A DNA stretch of 64,000 nt. Source: Candidatus Latescibacterota bacterium. GTDB lineage: Bacteria > Latescibacterota > UBA2968 > UBA8231. The notes under the pieces were generated by a model. It was not told the DNA's origin. It saw only the letters and a program-made list of their open reading frames with translations, and ran no database searches. The stretch lies in NCBI GenBank assembly GCA_965217585.1, contig OZ244561.1:3744001-3808000 (forward strand). Direction: 5' to 3'. The position numbers were made by a program, and so were the translations under genes. Within the stretch, counting starts at the first letter, position 1. Every line of letters starts with the position of its first letter. This document shows, piece after piece, positions 28,636 to 39,261 of this stretch.

Positions 28636-30840
28636 ATGAAAAAAGCACAAATACGTAAACACAATGGTACCCCGACCTTGTTCATGGACGATCGGCCCAC
28701 CTTCTGCGCCTACTTGTGGGAACGCGGACCGAGTGCAGAGGGATACGAGCAGGAGGCCACGGCTAGAGCCTATGCTCGGGCCGGGATCCACTTTCACGCC
28801 TTTGATGTGGGTACCGTCGGGGTTGCACCGGAGTGGTGCGGGCCGCGGCAAGGCAATGATAGCCACTACGACTTCTCCACCTTGAAAGCCCGCTTTGAGC
28901 GCGTGCTCGAGGCCGATCCGCAGGCCCATTTCCACCTGCGCATCCACCTGAGGATGCAGGAGTGGTGGCTGAAACTTTACCCGGAAGAGCGCGAAATTCC
29001 CTCGGTGGGAGAAGGGCAGTTGCCAGTGACCCAGTCTTTTGCCTCCCAGGTCTGGCACCGGCAGGCCAAGGACTTTCTGCGAGCGTATGTGGAGGCCTTC
29101 AGGGAGGCAGGTCTGGAGGATCGCGTCTTTGCCTACCAAGTGGGTGCGGGCAATACCAGTGAATGGGTAAAAGGCGACCTGTCCATGGACTCGGTTTGCG
29201 GCGATTACAGCGCCCCCATGCGCCGGCATTTCCAGGCCTGGCTGCGCCGCGAGTACGGCGAAGACACCGCAGCTTTGCGGCAAGCCTGGGCCGACCCGGC
29301 AGTCGACTTCGATACGGCCGTGGTGCCCGCTGCCGAAGCTCAACTGCGGACCTTGCACTTCACTTTCCGGGATCCGCGCCGCGAACAGCAAGTGATCGAC
29401 TACTTCCGCTGCTTGGCCGATTTGTGCGGCGACTTGGTGGTGGACTTCTGTCGGACGGTCAAGCAAGCCACCGGAGGCCGGGCCTTGGCGGGGGCGTTTT
29501 TCGGCTACCTGATGGAGCTGGCCTGGAACAAGAGTTTCTTCAGCGCGGGCACCGAGAGCGAGTACTCCACCTACCAGCGCAGCGGCCATCTGGGCCTGCG
29601 CCGACTGTTGCGCTCGGAGTGGGTCGATTTTGTGGTCAGCCCGTACAGCTACGGCTTTCGCGCCGTGGGCGGGGAGGGTGTGGGCATGCCGCCCATCGAC
29701 TCGCTGCGCCACCACGGCAAGCTCTACATCTTCGAAGAAGATACCCGCACCCACCTGGCGGAGGAAACCCACGAATACGGTCGCTCCTATTCGCTCGCGG
29801 ACGCCACGGCCGTTCTGCAGCGCAACTTCGCCCAGATCGCTACCCGTGGACAGGCGGTGTGGTGGCACAGTCAGGTCGATCCCACCCGCGACCCGGCCCT
29901 GCAGCCGCTGCTGGCGCGCTTTCAGGAGCTGGGCGAGTTTGCCCTGCAACTGGATCGCAGTCCCAGCGCCGAGATCGCCGTCGTTGTGGATGACGAGAGC
30001 TTCTTGTACGAATCCGTGCGCAACGACCTGGACTTGCCGCTGATCTTCCAGCAGCGGCTGTGGGGGCTGCCGCGTCTGGGGGCACCCTTTGACACCTATC
30101 TGCTCGAAGATCTGTGCGAGGGCGCCCTGCCGGCGTACAAACTCTATATCTTTCTCAACGCTTTCAGGCTGGACCGGGCGCGGCGCGAGGCCCTAACGCG
30201 CGTGCTGCGGCGCAACGGCCAAGTGGCCGTGTGGCTCTACGCGCCGGGCTACATCGAAGACGAGCCATCCCTGGACCACATGCTGGATCTGACGGGCCTT
30301 TGCTTTGGCAAGGGCGAGCACCCTTGGGGGCCGCTGATGCACATCATCGACTTCGATCACCCGATCACGCAGGACCTATCCCAGGATCTGTTCTGGGGCA
30401 CCAACAGCATTCTGGGGCCGGTTTTCCATCTCGAAGATCCCGATGCGAGGATACTGGGCCAGGTGGTCTACTCGGAGGGACGCTGCCGGCCGGGGCTGGG
30501 GGTCAAGGTCTTCCCGGAGTGGAGTTCTATCTACGTTGCCGCGCCCAATATCCCAGCGCCGGTCCTGCGCGGCCTAGCTCGTTTTGCCGGGGTCCATCTC
30601 TACAGCGAAGCGGGCGATGTCCTCTACGCCACCCCCGAACTGCTGAGCGTGCACACCGTGGCAGGGGGGCCGCGGAGCTTTTCCCTGCCACGGAAGGTGG
30701 AAAGGGTCTACGATCTATTCAACCAGGTCGAACTGGGGCGCGATGTGGAACGCATCGACACCGTGCTGCCACCCCGATCGACCACGCTTTACTACACGGG
30801 GGATGCCGAGATCTTAGCCGGCCTGACCACTGCGGCCTGA
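28636..30840 (+). CDS. Glycoside hydrolase, beta-galactosidase (GH42)-like
   Basis: GNTSEW, DYSAPMRRHFQAWLRREY, SPYSY, EEDTRT; C-terminal trimerisation-like domain. Confidence 0.65.
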   Translation: MKKAQIRKHNGTPTLFMDDRPTFCAYLWERGPSAEGYEQEATARAYARAGIHFHAFDVGTVGVAPEWCGPRQGNDSHYDFSTLKARFERVLEADPQAHFHLRIHLRMQEWWLKLYPEEREIPSVGEGQLPVTQSFASQVWHRQAKDFLRAYVEAFREAGLEDRVFAYQVGAGNTSEWVKGDLSMDSVCGDYSAPMRRHFQAWLRREYGEDTAALRQAWADPAVDFDTAVVPAAEAQLRTLHFTFRDPRREQQVIDYFRCLADLCGDLVVDFCRTVKQATGGRALAGAFFGYLMELAWNKSFFSAGTESEYSTYQRSGHLGLRRLLRSEWVDFVVSPYSYGFRAVGGEGVGMPPIDSLRHHGKLYIFEEDTRTHLAEETHEYGRSYSLADATAVLQRNFAQIATRGQAVWWHSQVDPTRDPALQPLLARFQELGEFALQLDRSPSAEIAVVVDDESFLYESVRNDLDLPLIFQQRLWGLPRLGAPFDTYLLEDLCEGALPAYKLYIFLNAFRLDRARREALTRVLRRNGQVAVWLYAPGYIEDEPSLDHMLDLTGLCFGKGEHPWGPLMHIIDFDHPITQDLSQDLFWGTNSILGPVFHLEDPDARILGQVVYSEGRCRPGLGVKVFPEWSSIYVAAPNIPAPVLRGLARFAGVHLYSEAGDVLYATPELLSVHTVAGGPRSFSLPRKVERVYDLFNQVELGRDVERIDTVLPPRSTTLYYTGDAEILAGLTTAA

Positions 30841-30913
30841 ATGCGCCCGGAGTGCCGACGGATCTGGTAGAGCGGGCACCAAACCGCTCGTATCTCAGAG
30901 GAAGGGCTTTTGC

Positions 30914-32263
30914 ATGGACGGTCCGCGCAACCGTTTCGCCAAGGAGTCAGCTCTTCTGCTCGGTGCCGCTCTGGCCCTGTGTTCGGCCTACGCCGAGCTA
31001 GGGGGGGAATCGCCGGCACCGGCTGCGGTAGCCTCCGTCCATTCCGCACGGATAGGGTACCGCAGCAAGACGGATCAGTGGCGTCAGGTCCTGCGGCGGG
31101 ATCCCTCTGATCGGGAGGCCCACATCCGCCTGGCCGGTGCGCTACTTGAAGAAGGTGCGGGTGAGGCTGCGATTGCGGCCTGCAGGGCCGGCCTAGCCGT
31201 GGATTCCACCCTAGTTCCCCTCTACGGCATCCTCGCCGCTGTGTACGCGCGTGAGGGCCGCTATATGCAGGCCATCGACAACCTGGAAAAAGCGGTGAAA
31301 CTGCAGCCGGACTACGCGGTTGGATACGCCAACCTAGGAGGGATGTACACCAAGCTGGGTCGTTACGAGCAGGCCGAACAAAGCCTCGAACGCGCCCGGG
31401 ACCTCGCTCCGGAGCGGCCTTCGATCTACCGGCGGCTGGGCGAACTCTATTTGAACACGGATCGGCCCCGGGCCGCCGTACGCCAGTTCGAGCAGGCGGC
31501 CCGGTTAAATCCAGATGAAGGGGTTGTATTTTATCTGGCGGGGAAGGCGCACGAAGCCCTCGGCCACAACGAAGAGGCTTGGCAGGCTTATAGAAAAGCA
31601 GCGCGGCTGAACATTTCGCTCGAAGAGGCGCTTTTCCGGGTGGCTACGCTGGGACGGCGGTTGGGGTACAAAGCCGAGGCGGATTCCGCCCTGCAAGCAT
31701 TTCACCGCCTGCGGCAAATCGGCGAGCAGGACAGAGCCCTGGCCATCCAGAAGCACAAACTCAGAACGGCTGTGCTCAATACCCCGGAAAATCCTTCCTA
31801 CCACTACGACCTGGGAGTGTTTTTCGCCGGCCTAGGCTACCATGACGAGGCGGTCAATAAATTCGATCGGGTGCTCCAGATGAGGCCGGAGGATTTCACC
31901 ACCATGACGCGCAAAGGCAATGTCCTTGCTGCTCTGGGAAAAATCGCAGCAGCGTTGGAATTCTATGGCCAGGCCCTGCGCTTGGCACCGGATTTCCCAC
32001 CCGCTCATATCAGCGCGGCCCACGCGTACATGCAAATGAACCGGCCCGGGACGGCCCTCGAGCACTATGCGAAAGCCGTCGAGCTGGTACCCGAGGCACC
32101 AGTGATCTGGTACCAGCTCGCTAGGTGTCAGGTGGCCTTGAAGCAGTTGCAGGCGGCTGAAACTTCACTGGAGACAGGGCTGCAAAAGGCGACTTCCAAC
32201 GAGGGCTTACGTCTGAAGCTGGAGGCCCTGCTCGCAAAGGTGCGCAAAAGAGAAGGACTCTAA
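30914..32263 (+). CDS. Exported TPR protein
   Basis: Multiple canonical TPRs (AVKLQPDYAVGYANLG, ALRLAPDFPPAHISAA). Confidence 0.85.
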   Translation: MDGPRNRFAKESALLLGAALALCSAYAELGGESPAPAAVASVHSARIGYRSKTDQWRQVLRRDPSDREAHIRLAGALLEEGAGEAAIAACRAGLAVDSTLVPLYGILAAVYAREGRYMQAIDNLEKAVKLQPDYAVGYANLGGMYTKLGRYEQAEQSLERARDLAPERPSIYRRLGELYLNTDRPRAAVRQFEQAARLNPDEGVVFYLAGKAHEALGHNEEAWQAYRKAARLNISLEEALFRVATLGRRLGYKAEADSALQAFHRLRQIGEQDRALAIQKHKLRTAVLNTPENPSYHYDLGVFFAGLGYHDEAVNKFDRVLQMRPEDFTTMTRKGNVLAALGKIAAALEFYGQALRLAPDFPPAHISAAHAYMQMNRPGTALEHYAKAVELVPEAPVIWYQLARCQVALKQLQAAETSLETGLQKATSNEGLRLKLEALLAKVRKREGL

Positions 32264-32278
32264 ACCGAGGGGGCTATC

Positions 32279-33451
32279 ATGAAAAAGCGCAAAATTGGCG
32301 TCGGTGTGATCGGCATGGGCTGGATGGGTGTGGTCCACAGCCGCGCCTACAGGATGCTTCCAGACCGCTTTCCGGACTGCCCGGTCGAGCCGGAGTTGCT
32401 CGTCTGTGCCGATGCCGTGGAAGAGCGGGCACATCGCGCCCAACAACAATGCGGATTCGCTCGCTGCACTACGGACTGGCGAGAAATACTGGAGGATGGG
32501 GATGTAGAGGTGGTCAATATCGCCACGCCCAACCACCTGCACCTCGAGATAGCCACGGCCGCAGCCGCGGCGGGCAAGCACATCCTCTGCGAGAAGCCGG
32601 TCGGCCGCAGCCCTCAGGAGACTGCGGCGATCGAGCGGGTGGCGCGGGACGAGGGGGTGCTCACCTTCGTGGGATTCAACTATCGCTGGGCCCCGGCCGT
32701 ACAGCGCATCCGGGCCTTGATCCGCGAAGGGAAGCTGGGCGAGTTGACGCACTACAGGGGGCGGTTGTTCGTCGGGTACGCCAGCAACCCGCACAGTGTG
32801 CTCTCGTGGCGTCTGCAGGCCGAACTAGCGGGCATGGGCGCGCTGGGCGATCTTATGTCGCATGCGCTGGACACGGCCGGGATGTTGGCAGGACCCATCA
32901 GCCGGGTCGTGGGGCAGCGGCAGATCTTTATCAAGGAGCGCCCTCTGAGTACACCCGGTCAGGGGGACCACTACTCCTTGAAAAGCGGCGGTCCGCTTGG
33001 CGCGGTTACCAACGAGGACTACGTTGGCGCCCTGGTACAGTTCGAAAACGGGGTGTACGGCAACCTGGAGGTCTGCCGTGTCATCCAGGGGCCCCGGTCG
33101 GAAATCGGCTTTGATGTGCACGGAACCAGGGGGGCGGTGCGCTGGGACTTCGAGCGCATGAATGAATTCGAACTCTACCTCGTCGACGACGGGGATGACC
33201 GCGGGTACCGGCGGGTACTGGCTGGCCCCGAGCATCCCTTTCACGCCAATTTTTCGCCCGGTGCGGGCATCGGCCTGGGCTACGACGACCTGAAGGTCAT
33301 CGAAGCGCATCAGTTTTTGCAGTCGGTTGCCCGACAAGAACAGGGCGAGCCTGGGTTCGCCGAAGCCCTGGCCGTAGCCCAGGTCCAGGCCGCGATTCTG
33401 CGCTCTTGGGAAACGGAACGATGGGAGGAGGTCGAAAAGATTGCCCATTAG
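32279..33451 (+). CDS. Gfo/Idh/MocA family oxidoreductase
   Basis: [29 protein letters not shown]. Confidence 0.92.
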   Translation: MKKRKIGVGVIGMGWMGVVHSRAYRMLPDRFPDCPVEPELLVCADAVEERAHRAQQQCGFARCTTDWREILEDGDVEVVNIATPNHLHLEIATAAAAAGKHILCEKPVGRSPQETAAIERVARDEGVLTFVGFNYRWAPAVQRIRALIREGKLGELTHYRGRLFVGYASNPHSVLSWRLQAELAGMGALGDLMSHALDTAGMLAGPISRVVGQRQIFIKERPLSTPGQGDHYSLKSGGPLGAVTNEDYVGALVQFENGVYGNLEVCRVIQGPRSEIGFDVHGTRGAVRWDFERMNEFELYLVDDGDDRGYRRVLAGPEHPFHANFSPGAGIGLGYDDLKVIEAHQFLQSVARQEQGEPGFAEALAVAQVQAAILRSWETERWEEVEKIAH

Positions 33452-33480
33452 GGAGAAAACACAAGACAAAGCAGGAGAAA

Positions 33481-33969
33481 ATGAAGGGAAAGCTGATCGA
33501 TCTCACCTTGCCGTTGTTCAGCGGCGCGCCCATCTGGTCCCCCGAGCCCAAGACGATTATCACCGACTACTTTACCCTCGGACGCGCTTACGGGGCCGAA
33601 TAAGGCATGAACATGAAGGTCCTCTACATGAGCGGCCACGCCGGGACCCACTGCGACGCGCCCGTGCATCTGCGCTCGGGCAGGCCCTCCCTGGACGAGA
33701 TACCACTGGAACGCTACGTGGGTCGGGCCAGCGTCGCCCATCTGCCCGACAAGGGGTTCGACGATCCGTGGATCGCGATTGCCGATCTGGAACACCTAAG
33801 CGATAAGCTAGGCGAGGGCAGCCGCCTGCTGGTCCACACCGGCTGGGATCGCTTCTGGGAGACGGATAACCAGACCTACTTCGACCAGCAGAAAGCCCCC
33901 AAATTGCACCTGGAAACCTTGGCCTGGCTGCGGTCGCGCCCAACCTTGTTGCCGAAGCAGGCTTCGTAA
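33481..33969 (+). pseudogene. Cyclase / kynurenine formamidase family pseudogene (in-frame TAA at 33601-33603, 3' truncated)
   Basis: MKGKLIDLTLPL...YGAE*GMNMK...HAGTHCDAP...LLVHTGW; the C-terminal part with the catalytic ENL region is absent. Confidence 0.8.
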
Positions 33970-34125
33970 GCCAGCGCGTTCACTAGCCACGGCTGGCCCT
34001 GGGTCAACTCCCAGACATGCCGACTGGCCGACCTCGACATCAAGTCGCGCCAAGAGCTGAACGTGATAGTGAATCTCCGCCTTGATGGGGCCGGCAGTGT
34101 TGAAGAAACGCATGGCTGTCGTCAT
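33925..34125 (-). pseudogene. Internally deleted remnant of an AAA-like ATPase gene
   Basis: N-terminus MRFFNTAGPIKAEIHY is joined out of frame to HVWELTQGQPWLVNALAYEAC, two motifs normally hundreds of residues apart. Confidence 0.65.
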
Positions 34126-34147
34126 TTGTCGCGACTCCTCACTGGAC

Positions 34148-37100
34148 TCAATTGAGTTTCAGCTTGTCGGACACTTCAGCGAGCAGCTCATTGATCTTTT
34201 CCACCGCCTCTGGGTCGGGTGTGGTTTCTCCACCAAACTCGATGCGGATGTTGAACTTGAGGGTATTGCCGACGGCGGCCTTGGTAATGTCTGGAATCTG
34301 ATCGGCCAAATCTTGGATGCCATTGGCTTCAAGGACATCTTCGGCCATGAGGAGTCCCCGTGGTTTGGGCTCAGAGGGTTCCTCGCGTGCTGTGGAAGGT
34401 ACCTGGAAGATCACCTGTTGAGCACCGGCCAAGTCGCACGGCCATGCGGCGCTCTCACTGCTCAACTCGATCCAGCGCGCACGGATACCATCTTCTATCG
34501 CCGACTTCACCGTAGGCCACGGCAAATTGACGCCCCGCTTGGTCGAAAGTGCAGTGGCAATGGCGAGGGCGTTGGCCTTGCTGTCTTTCCAAGCATCGGG
34601 GATCGACTTGGCCATCAGTTCGTCCACGTCAATCCGCTCGGGTGGCGGCCTTAATATCGCGGCGGCACTGAGCACTCCAGCAGGGACTGGCTCTTCTATG
34701 ATTGAGGCTGGTCCGCTGGTCAACCACACCACTCCCTGCTCGACGGCTTGTGAGATCGCGGTCTCGACATCCGCTGGTTCGCACTTCGGGATGCTGAGCA
34801 TCTCTTCGTAGCCCTCTCTGGGTACGCTCACGGTGTGGCTGCCGAAAAAATAGTCGTACACGTCTTGAACACTGATCTCCGCAGCCGACCAAAGCCCCGG
34901 GATTTTTTGATATTCGAGCAGATCGGGCACGAGGTCGCTTAGAGTGGCTGCTTCGGGCAGCAGTACCTCAAGCCCTGAATCCTTGAGGGCTGGCTCGTCG
35001 ATAGCCGTGCGCCAGAATGTCCTAGCGGTACGGTCTGGGCGCACGACTCGCGCTACCCAGATTCCTTGCTGAACCCCTTGCACGACGGTATCCAGAATTT
35101 CCTTCTGGCGCAGCATTTTGGGCAGCTTGGGGAACTGGGCGAAGGCACCGACCAGATCCTTGACCCGGCGAGAATCCTCTCCTTCGCGCCACAAGTCATA
35201 GGGACCGCCTGGCATCATTGCCTCTGAGCTGATGGCGGTTTCCTGGATGCGCGCTCGCGGATCGGCCTTGATGGTGGTGAACAAGGGTGCGTCGGTCACC
35301 ACGACTTTGAAGGCGTGGATGTCGTTGTTCTCGTTGACAGTGACAACCAAGGAGTACGCTTGCCTGATAGCCCCAGGGATGTGCTTTCTCGCCGCCTCTG
35401 TTTCGTTGATGAGCATCTGCTCGCGGATTGGGTCAATAGGCTGATTCTTGAGTTGGTCGCGGACCTCCTCCCAACCGAGATACTCCCGCGCCCGCCTGCG
35501 CGCCGCGTCGAGACCTTCCCGGGAAGGAACGGCGAGAACGATGGCGTTGCGATGGACTCGGGGGCGGTCAGGCGCAGTCGTCTCGTCGATAAATCGCTTG
35601 GCTTCGGCGCTTGGTTTGCCAGACTCCGAGGCCGCTTGCGGGCCAAGGACTGCGTAGTGGAACTCGCCGTCGTCCGCGATGTCGCGCGGTCTTTCTGGCA
35701 GGTTGTGGACCTTTGCGCCGGCCGCGGATGCGCCAGTGGTGAGTACCTTCAGTTTTTCGATGGCATTGATGATCTGTGATTCCACGAGGGGGGGCGATAC
35801 GCGGGAGGTGCAGGCATCGTGGTGCATCTGTCGTAGGTTGGGGCGATTGCCCAGCCGCCACGCCTTGGGCAATCCCTCGTCTTCTGATCCTGTGGAGACC
35901 TCCACCTCGTCGAGAAACCAAGAGAGTTCCGTCCAGCGACGCAGGGCCTTTTCCAATTCTATTTTATCCGGCTTGGCCGCTCCGATCAGCACCATCAGTT
36001 CCTGAGTCAGCGCCTTGTGGCCAATGGGTTGGGAACTCAGAAACACCGCAACAGCCGCCTTTTCCATCTCCCGGTGGCCCAAGCCGGTCGTCTCGGACTG
36101 AATGGTGCGCGCCTTGGCTAGCTCACCTTCGAGAATTGGCCGCCATTCTTGGTGCTTGCCGGTATCTGTGTCAACGCTGGCAAAGGAAGCAAGTTCACTT
36201 GCGGCTTCGGCCAAGTCGTTCTTGTCCGGCTCGTTCAAAAACACATTCGGCCCAACCAGTGGGCTCGTGTCCCACTTCTCGGCATCGCGCAGGGCAATGG
36301 CAAATGTCCGCAGGATGCCACGGGTGCGCTGGAAGCCGTCGAGTTGGGTCCAGCGGGTGTAGAAGACGTCGGAGAGATCTGGGTGGAAGGGATAGCTGCT
36401 TAGATAGCGATCCTCCGCGCTTCCCCGCTCTTTCTGGGTCTGTTCGTCGAGCGCGGCGATGCTGCTTACTACCGAAGTGACGTGTGGGCGGAAAGCGCCT
36501 GGATCGCTAATCGACTCAGGTTTGAAAAAGCGCCGCCGCAGCACTTCCGCCACATCCTCCTTGCTCACGGGGCTGGCGTCTTCTTCCATCTGGCGGCCAA
36601 AGACTTCGGACACGTCTCGCAGCAGTTCGCTGCCAAAGGCATCGTGCTTCCTCGGATCGGAGGCGAGCAGCGAGGCTACCATGGCGCAGCGGTCCACTTT
36701 TACGACTGCTTGCGTGAGGTACTGGAAAAAGCTGATCAGGCGTCCGCGCGAATCTGAGGCGGCTTCGACCTGAGCGCGGATATACATCAATACCTCGTCG
36801 AGCAGCACCAGCGTCGAGAGATCGTCTTGTTGCGGTTTCGACAGCAGGTCTACCACGAGCGGTTCCGCCGGGGGGGTGTCGCGCTCGGCGTCTTTGCCGT
36901 CGGCGTGAATGAGTTTAAGGCCGTCTGCTCCCGCCAGTTGAAAGGCGAGGATGCTCCACGGATGCTTGAGCATCCTGATCGTGCCGTCGGGACTTGGCGT
37001 CTCGACGCCTTTCTCTAGGTCAATCTTGTCGAAGCACAGCGCCGCGATCCGCGCCTTGGGCGCTTTGGAGCCGATGGACGCCTCGAACTCCTCTACCGCC

Positions 37101-37441
37101 GGCAGGTCGGGCAGGGTGGCTGGATCGTGGACTAGGTGCCTAAGTGTGATGAGCGTATGGGTTTTGCCGCCGCCGTAGTTGACCGAGAGCTTTCGGTACG
37201 CCTTGTCGCTTTTGCCGGCCAAGCGCAGGGCCACGTCTTTGACTAGTTCCCGCAGATTGTAGGTGGGATAGGTGAGAGCGAAGAACTCGGCGGGATGTTC
37301 GTACACTGGCCGCTGGCCTTTCTGCATGACCACGTCGTATAGGTCGGCGGCGAATACGGCCAGCGACAGTTCGCCGGTCTTTAGGTCGTCGCGCAGTTGC
37401 ACGACCTCGTGCCAGGGTTTATAGGAAGGCTTTGTTGTCAT
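34148..37441 (-). CDS. DUF499 family ATPase (restriction-like / BREX-related defence component)
   Basis: FAADL, FFALTYPT, Walker A YGGGKTH, LLDEV, YPFHP, FQRTRGILR. Confidence 0.88.
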   Translation of the reverse strand: MTTKPSYKPWHEVVQLRDDLKTGELSLAVFAADLYDVVMQKGQRPVYEHPAEFFALTYPTYNLRELVKDVALRLAGKSDKAYRKLSVNYGGGKTHTLITLRHLVHDPATLPDLPAVEEFEASIGSKAPKARIAALCFDKIDLEKGVETPSPDGTIRMLKHPWSILAFQLAGADGLKLIHADGKDAERDTPPAEPLVVDLLSKPQQDDLSTLVLLDEVLMYIRAQVEAASDSRGRLISFFQYLTQAVVKVDRCAMVASLLASDPRKHDAFGSELLRDVSEVFGRQMEEDASPVSKEDVAEVLRRRFFKPESISDPGAFRPHVTSVVSSIAALDEQTQKERGSAEDRYLSSYPFHPDLSDVFYTRWTQLDGFQRTRGILRTFAIALRDAEKWDTSPLVGPNVFLNEPDKNDLAEAASELASFASVDTDTGKHQEWRPILEGELAKARTIQSETTGLGHREMEKAAVAVFLSSQPIGHKALTQELMVLIGAAKPDKIELEKALRRWTELSWFLDEVEVSTGSEDEGLPKAWRLGNRPNLRQMHHDACTSRVSPPLVESQIINAIEKLKVLTTGASAAGAKVHNLPERPRDIADDGEFHYAVLGPQAASESGKPSAEAKRFIDETTAPDRPRVHRNAIVLAVPSREGLDAARRRAREYLGWEEVRDQLKNQPIDPIREQMLINETEAARKHIPGAIRQAYSLVVTVNENNDIHAFKVVVTDAPLFTTIKADPRARIQETAISSEAMMPGGPYDLWREGEDSRRVKDLVGAFAQFPKLPKMLRQKEILDTVVQGVQQGIWVARVVRPDRTARTFWRTAIDEPALKDSGLEVLLPEAATLSDLVPDLLEYQKIPGLWSAAEISVQDVYDYFFGSHTVSVPREGYEEMLSIPKCEPADVETAISQAVEQGVVWLTSGPASIIEEPVPAGVLSAAAILRPPPERIDVDELMAKSIPDAWKDSKANALAIATALSTKRGVNLPWPTVKSAIEDGIRARWIELSSESAAWPCDLAGAQQVIFQVPSTAREEPSEPKPRGLLMAEDVLEANGIQDLADQIPDITKAAVGNTLKFNIRIEFGGETTPDPEAVEKINELLAEVSDKLKLN

Positions 37442-37453
37442 ATCAAACCTCGT

Positions 37454-38026
37454 TCAGGTATTTTGTATCGTGGCTTCGAGACGCTGGGCAAGGGCGTCAA
37501 AGTCCTCGGGACATTTCTGCCGAATCGCGCCAATCCGGCGGGACGCCTCTTCTCCCAGATGCTTTCGACCACCGCCCAGTGCGTCCGATAATCCGCGCTG
37601 GGCAGCGAGCGGCTCAAAATAAGTTTCCTTGACTTGTACTTCCGCTCGAACGGTGCTCCAATTCCAATCTGTGGGCAAGTTCAAGCCCGCGAGGATCCAG
37701 GTTTCAATCTCTTCCCAGGCGTTCTCGGCCAGGAAGGTTTGTCCGTTGTCGAACTTCTTTTGGAGCTGGTCGAGTCTCTGATGTCGCCCTTTCTTGCCGT
37801 CCCGATCTATGCACAGGATGAAGATATCCGTCATTCCTCCATGTTTTCTGACGACCTCTGTAATGCGCCCTGATTTCAGCGCTTCTTCGACGCCGCCAAG
37901 CAGCGGATCACGGCAAACGTCAACATGTACACGCCGCCTAACAATGGACTGAAAGAGACGCGAGAAAAGAGGTTTCAGAATGTACTGATCGTTGCGGAAG
38001 TCCTCGGGAATGATGAGAACATTCAT
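37454..38026 (-). CDS. Putative TOPRIM-like nuclease partner of the upstream ABC ATPase
   Basis: IIPED, CIDRDG, EIETWIL acidic motifs; ATGA overlap with the ATPase stop. Confidence 0.6.
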   Translation of the reverse strand: MNVLIIPEDFRNDQYILKPLFSRLFQSIVRRRVHVDVCRDPLLGGVEEALKSGRITEVVRKHGGMTDIFILCIDRDGKKGRHQRLDQLQKKFDNGQTFLAENAWEEIETWILAGLNLPTDWNWSTVRAEVQVKETYFEPLAAQRGLSDALGGGRKHLGEEASRRIGAIRQKCPEDFDALAQRLEATIQNT

Positions 38027-39261
38027 TCTCCATCTCCCTCGGCTTCGTCGTGGTTTTCAGTGAAGGCGAGTGCGGTTTCCATCCAGCCTTCGGTAAGCAG
38101 CCCTCCCAATCCTCTCCCGGACTTGCGCAATTTCTTGGCGTCGGGCAGTTCGGCAACCGGGCGGATGATGGCGTCGTGCGAGTCTTCCAGCCGGCAAACG
38201 ACGGACATATTCTCAAACGTGCTGTCGTTGACAAAAGTCAACAGGTCCGGTGCATGGGTGGTGGTCATTATCTGAATGTTGTTCTTAGCGGCCTGCTTTT
38301 CGATCAGTTCGAGCAAGAGCCATTGCCGCGCCGGGTGGATGCCGGTATCGATCTCCTCGAAGAAATACAGGCCCTTGGGGTTTTCTCCGAGCAGTACAGA
38401 CAGCATGGCGAGAAAACGTAGCGTGCCGTCTGACGCGCTATAGGCCGATACCTTTCTCCCATTTGTCTCACAGAGCATAAGATGGACCCGACCGCTAGGA
38501 TCAAGCTGAAATTCGAAATCCTTTATGTCCATGGGCGTTAGTTCGTGTACCCAACTTGCCAAAATCTCTCGACGCTTGGGGTCATCGCAGATCTCCTTTA
38601 GTACCGTCGATAAATTCTCGCCGGAGTCTCCCAATATGTTCGCGCCGGGGAAACCAGGTTCCCGCATTTGGTCTGGCGACGGTTCTAGAAAACGCATGTT
38701 GACAAAGATCGAGTGGAGTTCCTCAATATCTTGGTCGCCGGGAAAGCGAAAATTTACCTTTTGGCTAAGCGGTGATAGATGCGTTAGGGCTAGTTGGTCT
38801 GGAGGTATAGGGATATTAGGCTCTTCAGACGTTCCGATTTCGATTATTATGCCACTATGGCGATGGAAAACAGATGTCGCACCAGATATAAGTTGTTCCC
38901 TTGACACCCAGAAGTGATCGATCCTTTGAGGGTTGTATCTGTCCGAAATCGATGAGATCTCCATCGAGTAGTGTAGTTCAATGCCGTTCAGATCGACTCC
39001 GACGTCCAGAGAAAACTCGGCCTGCCCGAACCGGACAATCTCATTCACCGCACCACGAATAGGCTTCCAGGCCGCTCCGTATTTGCCACCGAAAATCTCG
39101 GCTAGCGTGTAGCCCCGGCCGATACCGTGCAGAAAGCGGAAGGCGTCGCGGATATTGCTCTTGCCGCTGGCGTTCGCGCCTACGATTATGGTGAACGGGC
39201 CGACGCGCAAGGTTTCGTCGGCGAAGTTCTTGAAATTTACGAGGCGAATCGACGTAATCAT
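38023..39261 (-). CDS. ABC/SMC-like ATPase (AAA_21 type)
   Basis: GANASGKSN, SASDGTLRFL, FEEIDTGIHP, TTHAP. Confidence 0.88.
   Translation of the reverse strand: MITSIRLVNFKNFADETLRVGPFTIIVGANASGKSNIRDAFRFLHGIGRGYTLAEIFGGKYGAAWKPIRGAVNEIVRFGQAEFSLDVGVDLNGIELHYSMEISSISDRYNPQRIDHFWVSREQLISGATSVFHRHSGIIIEIGTSEEPNIPIPPDQLALTHLSPLSQKVNFRFPGDQDIEELHSIFVNMRFLEPSPDQMREPGFPGANILGDSGENLSTVLKEICDDPKRREILASWVHELTPMDIKDFEFQLDPSGRVHLMLCETNGRKVSAYSASDGTLRFLAMLSVLLGENPKGLYFFEEIDTGIHPARQWLLLELIEKQAAKNNIQIMTTTHAPDLLTFVNDSTFENMSVVCRLEDSHDAIIRPVAELPDAKKLRKSGRGLGGLLTEGWMETALAFTENHDEAEGDGE

Noticed and set aside
28189-29949. 586-aa antisense ORF
   Set aside because: It lies opposite the PPIase and glycoside hydrolase genes and has no recognisable motifs.
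33601-33603. Programmed readthrough or recoding at the in-frame stop of the cyclase gene
   Set aside because: The codon is TAA, TAA is used as a normal stop elsewhere in the window, and the gene is also truncated; decay is the simpler explanation.
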